In this document: piece by piece, positions 44,072 to 53,494 of the stretch | Layout: every line of letters begins with the position of its first letter | Position numbering within the stretch: the first letter of the stretch is position 1 | Assembly (NCBI GenBank): GCA_041499035.1 | Contig: JBGQJK010000002.1 | Location: 6,571 to 70,570, forward strand | Length of the DNA: 64,000 bases | Origin: Patescibacteria group bacterium | Lineage (GTDB): Bacteria; Patescibacteriota; Microgenomatia; UBA8517 | Reading direction: 5' to 3' | Notes under the pieces: generated by a model | What the model saw: the letters and a program-made list of their open reading frames with translations, nothing else | Database searches by the model: none | What the model was told of the DNA's origin: nothing | Position numbers and translations under genes: made by a program

Positions 44072-45826
44072 TTATTGGGGTGCCGTACCTCTTAAATATA
44101 TTGCCTGCCAGGGTTGGTAGTTGCTTACGAAGGTTTTCTTATAAACCTGTTCACCCGCTCTAACTACGGAATAATTGAAAACCACTTTAGCTCCCCAGGC
44201 GGCGAAATCAGTTTGTTTAACAGTTCCGGTGGGGATAGTTGGGTCGTCCTGATAAAGGTCAGGTAGGGGTGGGGTAACGTTACTAATAACCGGTTTTGTA
44301 ACTACCGAAACGCGCCCGTCGCTTGTTCCGTAAAGCTCGAAGGATAAAGCAAGCTTCTTCGGGTCGTTTTTGGCTACGATTAAAATATATCCTGGAGTAT
44401 CGTTGGTGAATTTAAAATCGGGTGAAGGGGCATAAACGGTTGCGTCGATTCCGGGAGGCGAGTTTTGTTCATAATAACCGACGCGGTAAGCGTGAGCAGC
44501 CCGCTCGTTAATTGGGAGGCCGGCATTTAATGCCGCCCGGAACAAAGTTGTTGAAACCTGGCATACTCCTCCACCATCACCGAGGATTGTTTTTCCAGCC
44601 GAGATTATATAAGCCTGTTGGTAGCCAGTGAATTTAGAAACATCACCCAGGGTTTGATTAAAGGAAAAAGTATCGCCCGGTTTAACCAAAGTACCGTTTA
44701 TCCTGCTGGCTGCCAGGTTTACGTTAAAAACACGTCCGGGAATTGAGTGGAAATAAGTTGAATTACCCCGGCCAATTAATTCCTTAATCCCCAAATTGTT
44801 TACCTGGTCTATGGTAATCTCAGGTTTTATTCTCGTTACCGGAATGTCAAAAGCTAGAGTTTTACTCTCCCCGGCGCCCAGATCATCGATCTTTGCCAGA
44901 AGAAGCTCTTTCAGTTTTTCGTTGTCGAGGGTTATTCCGTCAAGCGCGGGTTGGAACTCCGTAACTTTTTTTCCGTCAAAATCAAACTTTGAATTTTGAG
45001 GATCCCTGTTTATTTGGGTAGCAATTTTATAAATAGCATTATTAACCACATTATCCGAATATCCGCCCGCAGGGTTTAGAAACGTCAGAAGATTGTTTCG
45101 GGAATAGTCAAAACTTTGTGCTTCAAAGTTCATGGATAAAGTTTTACCCAAATATTTTTCCGCTCTGTCTTTTGCAGCCAAAGCTTCTTGATCGTTTAAT
45201 GTCGGATCGACTACCGAGAGAGGAATGGTTATATCGCCTGCGGTCGCATACGCCAAGTTGTGGCCGACCAAGGCCCTAAATAATTGAACGTCGATTTGTG
45301 ATCCGAGAGTTCCGCGGTTCACCCGAATATTTTGGCCGGATACTTCAACCGTAGGATAAACAGGACTTAGAGTTACTTGGCCTGCTATAACTGATGTAAA
45401 GTTCGTAAGTTTTGTTTCGTCAAGATTTGTTATTAAGCCAATGTCTTCCCGGTTTCTTAGGAGCCCAACCCTTTTAACCGAGTCAAGGAAAAAGTTCCCG
45501 GTCCGGGTCAGGTTGAACGCCCGCTCAGCAGACTCCATAAAATCGTAATTCAAGTCGATACTCTCGGTGTTTAATTCAAAAGACGCTGAGGGCGTAATAA
45601 AATTTATTTTTGCCGGTTTAACGATCTTTTGTGAAAGAAGTTCCGTTGCCTCGGAGGGAAGTTTGCCTCCAACGTTAACCCCGCCAACAAATGTATTTGG
45701 ATAGATTTTACCCATAAAATTTATACTATAAAGTAGAAACGGGCTCAGAATAAAAATGATAATTAGAGATAAAAAAACGATAGTTGGATGGGCAATTTTG
45801 CCAACTTTTGATATCGCGCGGCTCAT
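44072..45826 (-). CDS. VanW-family protein with peptidoglycan-binding repeats
   Basis: PGDTFSFN, GGGVCQVSTTLF, PGIDAT, DFKFTNDT; N-terminal TM. Confidence 0.9.
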   Translation of the reverse strand: MSRAISKVGKIAHPTIVFLSLIIIFILSPFLLYSINFMGKIYPNTFVGGVNVGGKLPSEATELLSQKIVKPAKINFITPSASFELNTESIDLNYDFMESAERAFNLTRTGNFFLDSVKRVGLLRNREDIGLITNLDETKLTNFTSVIAGQVTLSPVYPTVEVSGQNIRVNRGTLGSQIDVQLFRALVGHNLAYATAGDITIPLSVVDPTLNDQEALAAKDRAEKYLGKTLSMNFEAQSFDYSRNNLLTFLNPAGGYSDNVVNNAIYKIATQINRDPQNSKFDFDGKKVTEFQPALDGITLDNEKLKELLLAKIDDLGAGESKTLAFDIPVTRIKPEITIDQVNNLGIKELIGRGNSTYFHSIPGRVFNVNLAASRINGTLVKPGDTFSFNQTLGDVSKFTGYQQAYIISAGKTILGDGGGVCQVSTTLFRAALNAGLPINERAAHAYRVGYYEQNSPPGIDATVYAPSPDFKFTNDTPGYILIVAKNDPKKLALSFELYGTSDGRVSVVTKPVISNVTPPLPDLYQDDPTIPTGTVKQTDFAAWGAKVVFNYSVVRAGEQVYKKTFVSNYQPWQAIYLRGTAPQ

Positions 45827-45848
45827 TCCGATATGATACCATTTAGTT

Positions 45849-47345
45849 ATGGACGGAAACCAGAACTCATCCAATACTTACACTATTCCGGCGACTCCGC
45901 AGGCCCCAAAACCGTCTGAAGTTCCATCTCCGGCACCGTCTTCATCACCAACACCTGAGCCACAAATAGCGCCGCCCGGTCAGCAAACGGCACAGACCCC
46001 AAACACAACTCCGCCGGTCGTTCCGGCCCCTCCCAATAAAGGTTTTCCTAAAGTAGCCATTTTTGCCGGGGTTGCCTTTGTTGTTTTAATTTTGATCTTT
46101 GTGGTTTTTAAGGTTTTAACTTCGTCTTCACAGTCACCAACCGGGACGATTACCTGGTGGGGCCTTTGGGAAGATCCGGTAGTTGTTAAACCACTTATCG
46201 ATAGTTATCAGTCGCAGCATAGTGGTATAAAAATAAACTATATTAAACAGTCCCCTCAGGATTATAGAGAGAGGCTTACCAGTTCGCTTGCGAAAGGCAG
46301 CGGCCCTGACATTTTTGCTTTTCATAATTCCTGGGTGCCGATGTTTCGAAGCAGCCTGGATGCACTCCCTGCGGCGGTTATGAACCCGGCTGATTTTGCA
46401 AAAACTTTTTATCCGATTGCTTCGTCAGACTTAACATCCGGTGCCAGTATAGTCGGGATACCGCTCGAGTATGATGCTCTAACACTCTATATCAACCAGG
46501 ATATATTTGATAAAGCAGGTAAAACTCCACCGACGAGTTGGGACGATTTTAGGTCTATTGCCAAATCTCTCACCGTTAAAGACGACCAGGGGGTAATTAC
46601 CCAAGCTGGAGCCGCAATGGGCCGAACAGAGAATGTAGACCATTGGCCGGAGATACTTGCGCTTTTAATGCTTCAAAACGGAGTGGATTTAGGTAGTCCC
46701 ACGGGGTCAAATGCCCAGGGTGCACTTACCTTTTTTACACTTTTCTCTACAACAGACGGTGTTTGGGATGCAACGCTTCCGAGTTCAACCCAAGCTTTTG
46801 CTGCCGGCAAGTTGGCAATGTATATTGCCCCAAGTTGGAGAGCGTTTGATATTTTGCAAATGAACCCCAATCTCAGATTTAAGACTTTTCCTATCCCGCA
46901 GCTCCCTAAAGATAGTCCAAGTCAGCCCGATATCACCTATGCAACATATTGGGCGCAGGGAGTATGGTCGGGAAGTAGTCATAAAGCTGCTGCATGGGAT
47001 TTCCTGAAGTTTCTTTCCACCCAGGACTCTTTAACTAAGCTGTACCAAAATGAAAGTAAGACCCGCAGTTTTGGGGAGCCTTACCCAAGAACTGATATGA
47101 CAAGTTTACTATCCAGTCATCCGATTGCAGGGTCAGTGATTTCTCAGGCCCCGGGTGCAACAAGCTGGTATCTTGATTCGCGTACTTTTGACGGGCCAAC
47201 GGGAATAAATTCTCAGATGATTAGTTATTTCGGGGATGCCGTCAATGCTGTCGCTAACGGGACAACAACTCCGGACAAAGCTCTGGTAACGGCGGCGCAG
47301 GGAATTCAACAGGTGTTGACTCAGTATAAGCTAATCGCACGCTAA
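45849..47345 (+). CDS. Family-1 extracellular solute-binding protein, TM-anchored
   Basis: ITWWGLWE, GPDIF, LYINQDIF, PTSWDDF, FAAGKLAM, AAWDFLKFL. Confidence 0.88.
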   Translation: MDGNQNSSNTYTIPATPQAPKPSEVPSPAPSSSPTPEPQIAPPGQQTAQTPNTTPPVVPAPPNKGFPKVAIFAGVAFVVLILIFVVFKVLTSSSQSPTGTITWWGLWEDPVVVKPLIDSYQSQHSGIKINYIKQSPQDYRERLTSSLAKGSGPDIFAFHNSWVPMFRSSLDALPAAVMNPADFAKTFYPIASSDLTSGASIVGIPLEYDALTLYINQDIFDKAGKTPPTSWDDFRSIAKSLTVKDDQGVITQAGAAMGRTENVDHWPEILALLMLQNGVDLGSPTGSNAQGALTFFTLFSTTDGVWDATLPSSTQAFAAGKLAMYIAPSWRAFDILQMNPNLRFKTFPIPQLPKDSPSQPDITYATYWAQGVWSGSSHKAAAWDFLKFLSTQDSLTKLYQNESKTRSFGEPYPRTDMTSLLSSHPIAGSVISQAPGATSWYLDSRTFDGPTGINSQMISYFGDAVNAVANGTTTPDKALVTAAQGIQQVLTQYKLIAR

Positions 47346-47346
47346 C

Positions 47347-48210
47347 ATGCTTAACCTTTATACAGTCTCGACGAGAAACGAAAGTACAGAAGGCCGGTTT
47401 ACAGCGGGTGAAAGAATTTCGATCCTGTACCACGACCTTTTTGACTACCCGTTAAGCATGGCAGATTTGATTAAGTGGAAGGCTGGGGAGAACGTTTTAG
47501 AAATAAATGATGACCAAACCGTGACCGGTAAAAACGGCTACTTTTATTTGGAAGAGCGTGAGGGGCTAATCTATAAAAGGCTTCTCCGGAAGCGAATTTC
47601 GGTCAAAAAGATGAAAATTGCAGAAAGAGTTGCAAAGCTCATCGCATTTTTACCGGGTGTAAAAATGGTTGGGGTCACTGGGTCGCTGGCCATGGAGAAT
47701 TCCCCCGACGAAAGCGATATTGACTTGATCGTAATAACTGGTGAAGGCTTACTTTGGACAACGCGGGTGCTTGCCTATACAGTTATTCGCTTGGCAGGAA
47801 TTCATACACGTACACCCAATGATAAACACCAAAAGGACAAACTATGTCTTAATATATGGCTTGACGAAAGCGATTTGGTTTGGCCCAAGAAAGATCGTAA
47901 TTTATACACAGCCCATGAAATTGCCCAGATTATATCGATCGTTAATAAAGACAAAACTTATGAAAAGTTTTTATATAAAAATAAATGGCTCCTTAATTTC
48001 TGGCCTAATTCGGTAAAGGTAAATAGCAAGTTGGGGCATACTAACCCTGGACGGTCAGCCCTGTTTGCTGTCTTTGAAAAGTTTGCTTTTTGGATTCAAT
48101 ACAGGCATATGAAAGTAAAAATTACCCGCGAGGTAATTTCTCCAACCCGCGCCCTTTTCCATCCGCACGACTGGGGAAAGGTTGTTTTAAGCAGATTAAA
48201 GGTCCAGTAA
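47347..48210 (+). CDS. Pol-beta-type nucleotidyltransferase-domain protein
   Basis: GVTGSLA...SDIDLIVI motif. Confidence 0.8.
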   Translation: MLNLYTVSTRNESTEGRFTAGERISILYHDLFDYPLSMADLIKWKAGENVLEINDDQTVTGKNGYFYLEEREGLIYKRLLRKRISVKKMKIAERVAKLIAFLPGVKMVGVTGSLAMENSPDESDIDLIVITGEGLLWTTRVLAYTVIRLAGIHTRTPNDKHQKDKLCLNIWLDESDLVWPKKDRNLYTAHEIAQIISIVNKDKTYEKFLYKNKWLLNFWPNSVKVNSKLGHTNPGRSALFAVFEKFAFWIQYRHMKVKITREVISPTRALFHPHDWGKVVLSRLKVQ

Positions 48211-48483
48211 CTGGCAAAGATACTCAAAGAGAAAAAAGACGGTAGATGGGCCAGGTGTTGCTTACCGAGGGTTTAAGTAGTCTAAAATTCACAACTAATG
48301 TCATGGAAATAATGCCTATGCATTGATTAACCAATACATAGGCATTCAAAGCTAGCACCTGTTCAAATATAAGGAAACAAAAGAACAGGTTCCGACCTGA
48401 CAGGCAAAGATTCGAAACGTCCGTGGTCAACCAATCAGTAGGTCAAAGTATGTATAACTAAAAAATACATAGTTGGATTCCTC

Positions 48484-48512
48484 TTGACATTAGGCGATCG
48501 GATTCGTAGAAT
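48484..48512 (+). promoter_or_regulatory. Sigma70 promoter of groESL
   Basis: TTGACA-17 bp-TAGAAT. Confidence 0.85.
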
Positions 48513-48537
48513 AGCACTCAGAGAGTTAGAATGCTAA
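48511..48537 (+). promoter_or_regulatory. CIRCE element (HrcA operator)
   Basis: aTAGCACTC-N9-GAaTGCTAA versus consensus TTAGCACTC-N9-GAGTGCTAA. Confidence 0.88.
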
Positions 48538-48565
48538 GTGATTAGCATTATTTTTTCGCAAAAAA

Positions 48566-48859
48566 ATGGCAAAACTTAATTTAAAACCAACCGCAGGCTA
48601 TCTTCTTGTCGAGCCTCTGGAAAAAGAGGTAAAAACTGCTTCGGGCATTTACCTTCCCGATAATGCAGGCGAAAAACCCCAAAAAGGTAAAGTGTTAGCA
48701 GCGGGCGGATCAATTCCTCAAGATGGTCAAAAGGTCCCCTCACCAGCAAAAGTGGGCGACACAGTTCTTTACAAAAAATGGGGCGGTAATGAAGTAAAAG
48801 TTGACGGTAAAGAGTATCTATTTGTAAAATTTGAGGACGTTCTGGCTATCGAGGTTTAA
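48566..48859 (+). CDS. groES: Co-chaperonin GroES
   Basis: KTASGIYLPD, EKPQKGKVLA, KVGDTVLY. Confidence 0.97.
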   Translation: MAKLNLKPTAGYLLVEPLEKEVKTASGIYLPDNAGEKPQKGKVLAAGGSIPQDGQKVPSPAKVGDTVLYKKWGGNEVKVDGKEYLFVKFEDVLAIEV

Positions 48860-48862
48860 GGA

Positions 48863-50506
48863 ATGGCAAAGCAGTTAAAATTCAGTAAAGATGCAAGAAA
48901 AGCCCTTTTGAAGGGTATTGATATTGTGGCCAAAGCAGTTGTTACTACGCTCGGGCCAAAGGGCAGGAACATTGCCTTGGATAAAAAATGGGGAGCTCCA
49001 AACATAGTTCACGACGGAGTTTCCGTAGCTAAAGAAATTGATCTTCCTGATCCATTCGAAAACATGGGCGCGCAACTTGTTAAAGAAGCCGCAAGTAAAA
49101 CCAATGATAATGCAGGGGATGGAACCACGACTTCTACGCTTTTAGCACAGGTTTTGACTCAAAAAGGTATGGCCAAAATTGACGCTGGAGCCAATCCGAT
49201 GATTGTCAAAAAAGGTATAGAAAAAGCGGTTGAGGCCGTTGTGGCAGAGCTCAAAAAAATGTCCAAACCAATTAAGGGCAAAGTGGAAATCGCCCAGGTT
49301 GCTACAATTTCGGCGGGCGACGTTGCAATCGGAAATAAAATTGCGGAAGCATTGGATAAGGTCGGGCGTGACGGAGTTGTAACGGTCGAAGAGGGAAAGG
49401 GTCTTACCATCGATATAGAATATAAAGAGGGAATGGAGTTTGATCGTGGCTACGCTTCAGCCTATTTTGTGACCAATGCCGACAGAATGGAAGCGGAAAT
49501 TGAGGATTCCTACATTCTTTTAACAGACAAGAAGATTTCCTCTATTCAGGATCTTCTCCCATTTCTGGAGAAATTTGTAAAAGTCAGTAAGAGCCTGGTA
49601 ATTATTGCCGATGAGATTGAGGGAGAAGCCTTGGCTACACTCGTTGTAAATAAGCTCCGCGGTACTTTCAATGTTTTGGCAATCAAAGCTCCAGGGTTTG
49701 GTGACCGGCGCAAAGAGATGCTTGAGGATATTGCAACTCTTACGGGCGGGACGGTTATAAGCGAAGATACCGGCAGGACTTTTGAATCAATTGAAGTAAC
49801 AGATCTGGGTAGGGCTGATAAAGTTTGGGCAGACAAAGACAACGCAAGGATAATTGGAGGCAAGGGGGATAAGAAGTTAATCGACAGCAGGGTGGAATCA
49901 ATAAAAAAACAGATTAAAGCTAGCGACAGCGATTTTGATAAGGAAAAGTTCGAAGAGCGATTGGCCAAGCTTTCCGGCGGGGTGGCCCAGATCAACGTTG
50001 GCGCGGCAACCGAGATTGAGCTTAATGACAAGAAGGAAAGAGTTAAAGATGCAGTCGGAGCTACCAAAGCAGCAGTTGAAGAAGGTATAGTTCCCGGAGG
50101 CGAAACTGCACTCCTCAGGTCCCGAGACGCACTCAAAAAAGTTAAAGTCGAAAAGGGGGACGAGAAAATTGGGCTGGACATTGTCTCAGAGGCTTTGGAA
50201 GAACCGATCAAATGGTTGGCTAAAAATGCTGGGGATGATGGGGCAGCCGTTCTTAAGAAAGTGTTGAGCAAAAGCGACAACGATTTTGGCTACAATGCCC
50301 TAACGGGCGAGTTCGGCTCAATGACTAAAATGGGCATAATTGACCCTGTTAAAGTTACCAGGAGCGCACTTCAAAATGCGGCCAGTGTTGCCATGATGGT
50401 ATTAACCACGGAGGGATTGGTTACGGATATCCCCGAAGAAAAGAATCCTTCGACAGGCTCAGGATCAATGCCCCCGGGTGGCGGCATGGGCGGAATGGAC
50501 TATTAG
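48863..50506 (+). CDS. groEL: Chaperonin GroEL
   Basis: [38 protein letters not shown] tail. Confidence 0.99.
   Translation: MAKQLKFSKDARKALLKGIDIVAKAVVTTLGPKGRNIALDKKWGAPNIVHDGVSVAKEIDLPDPFENMGAQLVKEAASKTNDNAGDGTTTSTLLAQVLTQKGMAKIDAGANPMIVKKGIEKAVEAVVAELKKMSKPIKGKVEIAQVATISAGDVAIGNKIAEALDKVGRDGVVTVEEGKGLTIDIEYKEGMEFDRGYASAYFVTNADRMEAEIEDSYILLTDKKISSIQDLLPFLEKFVKVSKSLVIIADEIEGEALATLVVNKLRGTFNVLAIKAPGFGDRRKEMLEDIATLTGGTVISEDTGRTFESIEVTDLGRADKVWADKDNARIIGGKGDKKLIDSRVESIKKQIKASDSDFDKEKFEERLAKLSGGVAQINVGAATEIELNDKKERVKDAVGATKAAVEEGIVPGGETALLRSRDALKKVKVEKGDEKIGLDIVSEALEEPIKWLAKNAGDDGAAVLKKVLSKSDNDFGYNALTGEFGSMTKMGIIDPVKVTRSALQNAASVAMMVLTTEGLVTDIPEEKNPSTGSGSMPPGGGMGGMDY
50445..50465. repeat. 21-bp palindromic element in-frame in the groEL tail
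   Basis: ATCCT-TCGACAGGCTC-AGGAT. Confidence 0.55.
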
Positions 50507-50514
50507 ACTACTTC

Positions 50515-50736
50515 ATGTCAGAAAAAGGATCACAAGGGATAAAAGGTTGGTGGGATCTGTCATGCGAGGAACTTTTGGAGGCGGTATTAAATACAAAATC
50601 CTCCGATGTCAATAAAATTTCAGGGTTTGATTCACTTAAATCGAGGATAGATGAGTGTTTGGAAGCGGGGAAAATAAAGCCCGAGCAGGCTCAAAAAGCC
50701 ATTAGTCATATAGAATCCCTCAAGCCGCGAGTGTAA
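50515..50736 (+). CDS. Small hypothetical protein
   Basis: 73-aa ORF 8 nt after groEL. Confidence 0.5.
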   Translation: MSEKGSQGIKGWWDLSCEELLEAVLNTKSSDVNKISGFDSLKSRIDECLEAGKIKPEQAQKAISHIESLKPRV

Positions 50737-50748
50737 TATAATAGCTTC

Positions 50749-51348
50749 ATGATGTGGCAAAAGGCAGAGAAGTTTCTTCTTAAAGATAAATACATGGCAC
50801 CACTTATTAAGAAGTGGGGACATTGCACTATTGCACCAAAACTTCATATTGATTACTTTCAAGGCTTAGTAGGGGACATTATCGGTCAGCAGCTTTCAGG
50901 ACGCGTGGCAGACGTAATTGAAGGCCGCCTCAAGGCTAAAATTAAAGGCATTATGACTCCGGAAAAAATTCTCAAGTTGGATGAAAACGAATTAAGGGGC
51001 TGTGGCATGGCTTGGAGCAAAGTCCGCGCCATTAAAGACTTGGCGCTAAAGACCAAAAATGGCGAGTTGAAGGTTAAGAGCCTGGATAAACTCGGCAATG
51101 AAGAAGTCAGAAAAGAGCTGGTTGCAGTTAAGGGAATTGGTCCTTGGACTGCGGATATGTTTTTGATGTTCAAACTTGGCAGGCCCGATATTTTTCCTGT
51201 CGAGGATCTGGGTATCAAAAATGGCTTTGAAAAAGTCACCGGTAAGAAGTTTGACAAGCTTAAATCCGCCAAATTTGCAGAGAAGAATTGGAAACCGTTT
51301 AGAACAGTAGCAAGCTGGTATCTTTGGAGATCTCTCGAAAACGACTGA
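50749..51348 (+). CDS. alkA: DNA-3-methyladenine glycosylase 2 family (HhH-GPD)
   Basis: IIGQQLS, LVAVKGIGPWTA, FPVEDLG, WKPFRTVASWYLW. Confidence 0.9.
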   Translation: MMWQKAEKFLLKDKYMAPLIKKWGHCTIAPKLHIDYFQGLVGDIIGQQLSGRVADVIEGRLKAKIKGIMTPEKILKLDENELRGCGMAWSKVRAIKDLALKTKNGELKVKSLDKLGNEEVRKELVAVKGIGPWTADMFLMFKLGRPDIFPVEDLGIKNGFEKVTGKKFDKLKSAKFAEKNWKPFRTVASWYLWRSLEND

Positions 51349-52038
51349 TTACCTTGGCAGAACCGAAAGGGGGTTTACGGGGAGGCCGTTTTGGTGAATT
51401 TCCAGATGCAAATGGGGGCCGGTTGAGCGTCCTGTTACCCCAACTTGTCCAATCTCTGTATTAGTAGTAACTTCATCGCCTGTTTTTACCTCAATTTTGC
51501 TCAAATGAGCATAGCGCGAACTTAACCCCTGGCCATGGTCGATCAAAATAGTATTTCCATAGCCGTCGGTTGTGTATCCTGCCTCGATAACCTCGCCAGC
51601 TTTGACCGGCTCAACTGGGTCCCCGATTTCGGCTCCCAAGTCAACTGCCGGGTGAAAGAAACTGAACCCCTGGTTGATTTTGACGGTACCAAGGGGATAT
51701 TGAATAGATTTGACGGTATTTAGTGTATTCTGGGTTTGAATGACGGTTTCATCAGGCTGGGTATCAGCAGAGGCTGCCTGCGCGTTGCTTTGGCCGGTAG
51801 GCAAGAGCGTGCCTGCAATAACCAATGCGCTCAAGTTGGCCGCAAAGAACTTTCTGGTGCTTTTATGCTCACTTAGGTGCCTGACAATCTTACCCAACAG
51901 GCTCCCGCTTCTGTATTTCTTGTTAACCACAGAAAGAGTAGGCACAAAAGGGTCGTGCACAAGGGGCTTTCGCCTTTTAACGAGCCTCATATGAAGCTGA
52001 AGGCGGTACTTAGGCAGTTCAAGGCTAAATTTGTGCAT
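51349..52038 (-). CDS. M23 family metallopeptidase
   Basis: HPAVD, GYGN, YAHLS, GRSTGPHLHLE. Confidence 0.9.
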   Translation of the reverse strand: MHKFSLELPKYRLQLHMRLVKRRKPLVHDPFVPTLSVVNKKYRSGSLLGKIVRHLSEHKSTRKFFAANLSALVIAGTLLPTGQSNAQAASADTQPDETVIQTQNTLNTVKSIQYPLGTVKINQGFSFFHPAVDLGAEIGDPVEPVKAGEVIEAGYTTDGYGNTILIDHGQGLSSRYAHLSKIEVKTGDEVTTNTEIGQVGVTGRSTGPHLHLEIHQNGLPVNPLSVLPR

Positions 52039-52053
52039 AGTCGGGCAGTGACC

Positions 52054-52077
52054 AAAAAACCCGCTAGTATAGCGGGT
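52054..52077 (-). terminator. Intrinsic terminator-like hairpin with U-tract
   Basis: Minus strand ACCCGCTA-TAC-TAGCGGGT-TTTTT. Confidence 0.65.
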
Positions 52078-52131
52078 CAAGCCGCTATTCTAGCTTAGTC
52101 TGAGCTTGAAAGTCAAGTTTCCTGAGGCTAC

Positions 52132-52521
52132 CTAAAACTGGATGTCGAAATTTAAAACTGGCGGAGTAAGACGGCTTTGATGAACATCCAAATTGTTTAT
52201 TTGATTTTTTAGATCTTCCAGTTTGGTTTGCGATTTTATTAGAACGTCAGAAGACCCGGAGGCTTTCGGGGTACTTAAGATAAAGGGACTTGGGGACGGA
52301 GTGACACGAGTAGTTTGAGTCGAGCGTATTTTTGCGGAAACAGCAGCAAGCAGAATAAGAAGAAATAGGAAACCCAGTCCTATACTTACCGGCCAAAAGA
52401 TTTTTTTGTTCGAGTAAAACTTATCCCACAAACTTTTCAATATTGGCTTGAGGTTGGTCAGCAAGGATTTCCAGTTCAAGCCGGAGGCCGGCATTTCCGG
52501 ATTTATCTTCTGTTCTGTCAT
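52132..52521 (-). CDS. Single-TM hypothetical protein
   Basis: TM, P/S linker, short coiled coil. Confidence 0.7.
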   Translation of the reverse strand: MTEQKINPEMPASGLNWKSLLTNLKPILKSLWDKFYSNKKIFWPVSIGLGFLFLLILLAAVSAKIRSTQTTRVTPSPSPFILSTPKASGSSDVLIKSQTKLEDLKNQINNLDVHQSRLTPPVLNFDIQF

Positions 52522-53330
52522 TGTGTTTGGTTTTGTATCGTCGTTAGCATTTCTGTTAAGTAGTTATTTAGTTGTGTCAGAGGACTAATGGAGTTGGCAA
52601 GGGCCTGGATGGCATTATTGTAGCCTTGGCTGAGTCCGTAATCCTGAGTATAAAGTAGTTGTATCTTAGCTGCTGCAGCAGTTTCATTAGTCTGGAGCAT
52701 GGTGAGAACCGCATCTGTGTCATTAAGCCACCTGTTAAAAGGGTCAATTCTAAGTTTTCCCGCCTCTACTTGGTCGTTAATGTAATTAGTAAGATCGGAG
52801 TAGATTTGCTGGTGGGCAATCCGAAGACCAATTTCCTGGCTCAGTCCGATATCAAACAGCGACTCGTCTATAACCAGTAAAGTCGAAGCCGTATACCTGG
52901 CTTTGCTCCCATCGGACTTAACAAAAAGTGTATCCAGGGGATCGCCATCCTGATAATTCTGCATATGGTCTTTGTACCACGCCACTTCCGGATCAATTTT
53001 GCCGAAAATAGGGCCTTTTTGATTATCATCAAAGCCCGTCGTTTCGACAAATTGCATTCTTATCGCCGTTAAATAGACAATCATTAACTGATCTCTATTT
53101 TTAAGCATATTTAGAGTCGCTTTCCTTGCGTCCTCTCTGAGTTGCAGGGTGGGGTTGCCTTTGTAGAAAGTTTTGGCGTCCTGATAATCTGAATTAGCCT
53201 TCTGATATATGCTTAATTGATACTGGTAATCGGAGTATGCTTTTTGGGCGTTAAAAGTTTGGGCAAAAACCCTGGCCGGTGCCAAGGCAAATACAGAGAG
53301 GGAGATTAGTATAAGGGCAGTTTTTTTCAT
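52518..53330 (-). CDS. Secreted alpha-helical hypothetical protein
   Basis: Signal peptide MKKTALILI...VFA|Q; start moved to 53330 because the longer ORF runs through tRNA-Cys. Confidence 0.75.
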   Translation of the reverse strand: MKKTALILISLSVFALAPARVFAQTFNAQKAYSDYQYQLSIYQKANSDYQDAKTFYKGNPTLQLREDARKATLNMLKNRDQLMIVYLTAIRMQFVETTGFDDNQKGPIFGKIDPEVAWYKDHMQNYQDGDPLDTLFVKSDGSKARYTASTLLVIDESLFDIGLSQEIGLRIAHQQIYSDLTNYINDQVEAGKLRIDPFNRWLNDTDAVLTMLQTNETAAAAKIQLLYTQDYGLSQGYNNAIQALANSISPLTQLNNYLTEMLTTIQNQTQ

Positions 53331-53337
53331 TTTTGGG

Positions 53338-53410
53338 AGGCCACGACCAGAATCGAACTGGTGCGATAGCTGTTTTGCAGACAGCCGTGTTTCCACTTCA
53401 CCACGTGGCC
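53338..53410 (-). tRNA. tRNA-Cys (GCA)
   Basis: GGCCACG/CGTGGCC acceptor, U73, GCTGT-CTGCAAA-ACAGC anticodon arm, ACCAG-TTCGATT-CTGGT. Confidence 0.95.
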
Positions 53411-53494
53411 CTGTAGCAGTATTCTATCATTTGGGCCACCAAATGGCCAAGCTATTTGGTCTCTATAAAATATGATACACTCGAGGCTACTTAA

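Noticed and set aside
48394-48444. c-di-GMP-I riboswitch (GGCAAA...GAAA)
   Set aside because: Lacks the GACGCAAAGC junction and second stem; G-U evidence favours the opposite strand
49546-50280. 244-aa ORF antisense to groEL (also 37981-38451, 42025-42570, 25838-26242 and similar)
   Set aside because: Shadow ORFs opposite well-supported genes, with no motifs
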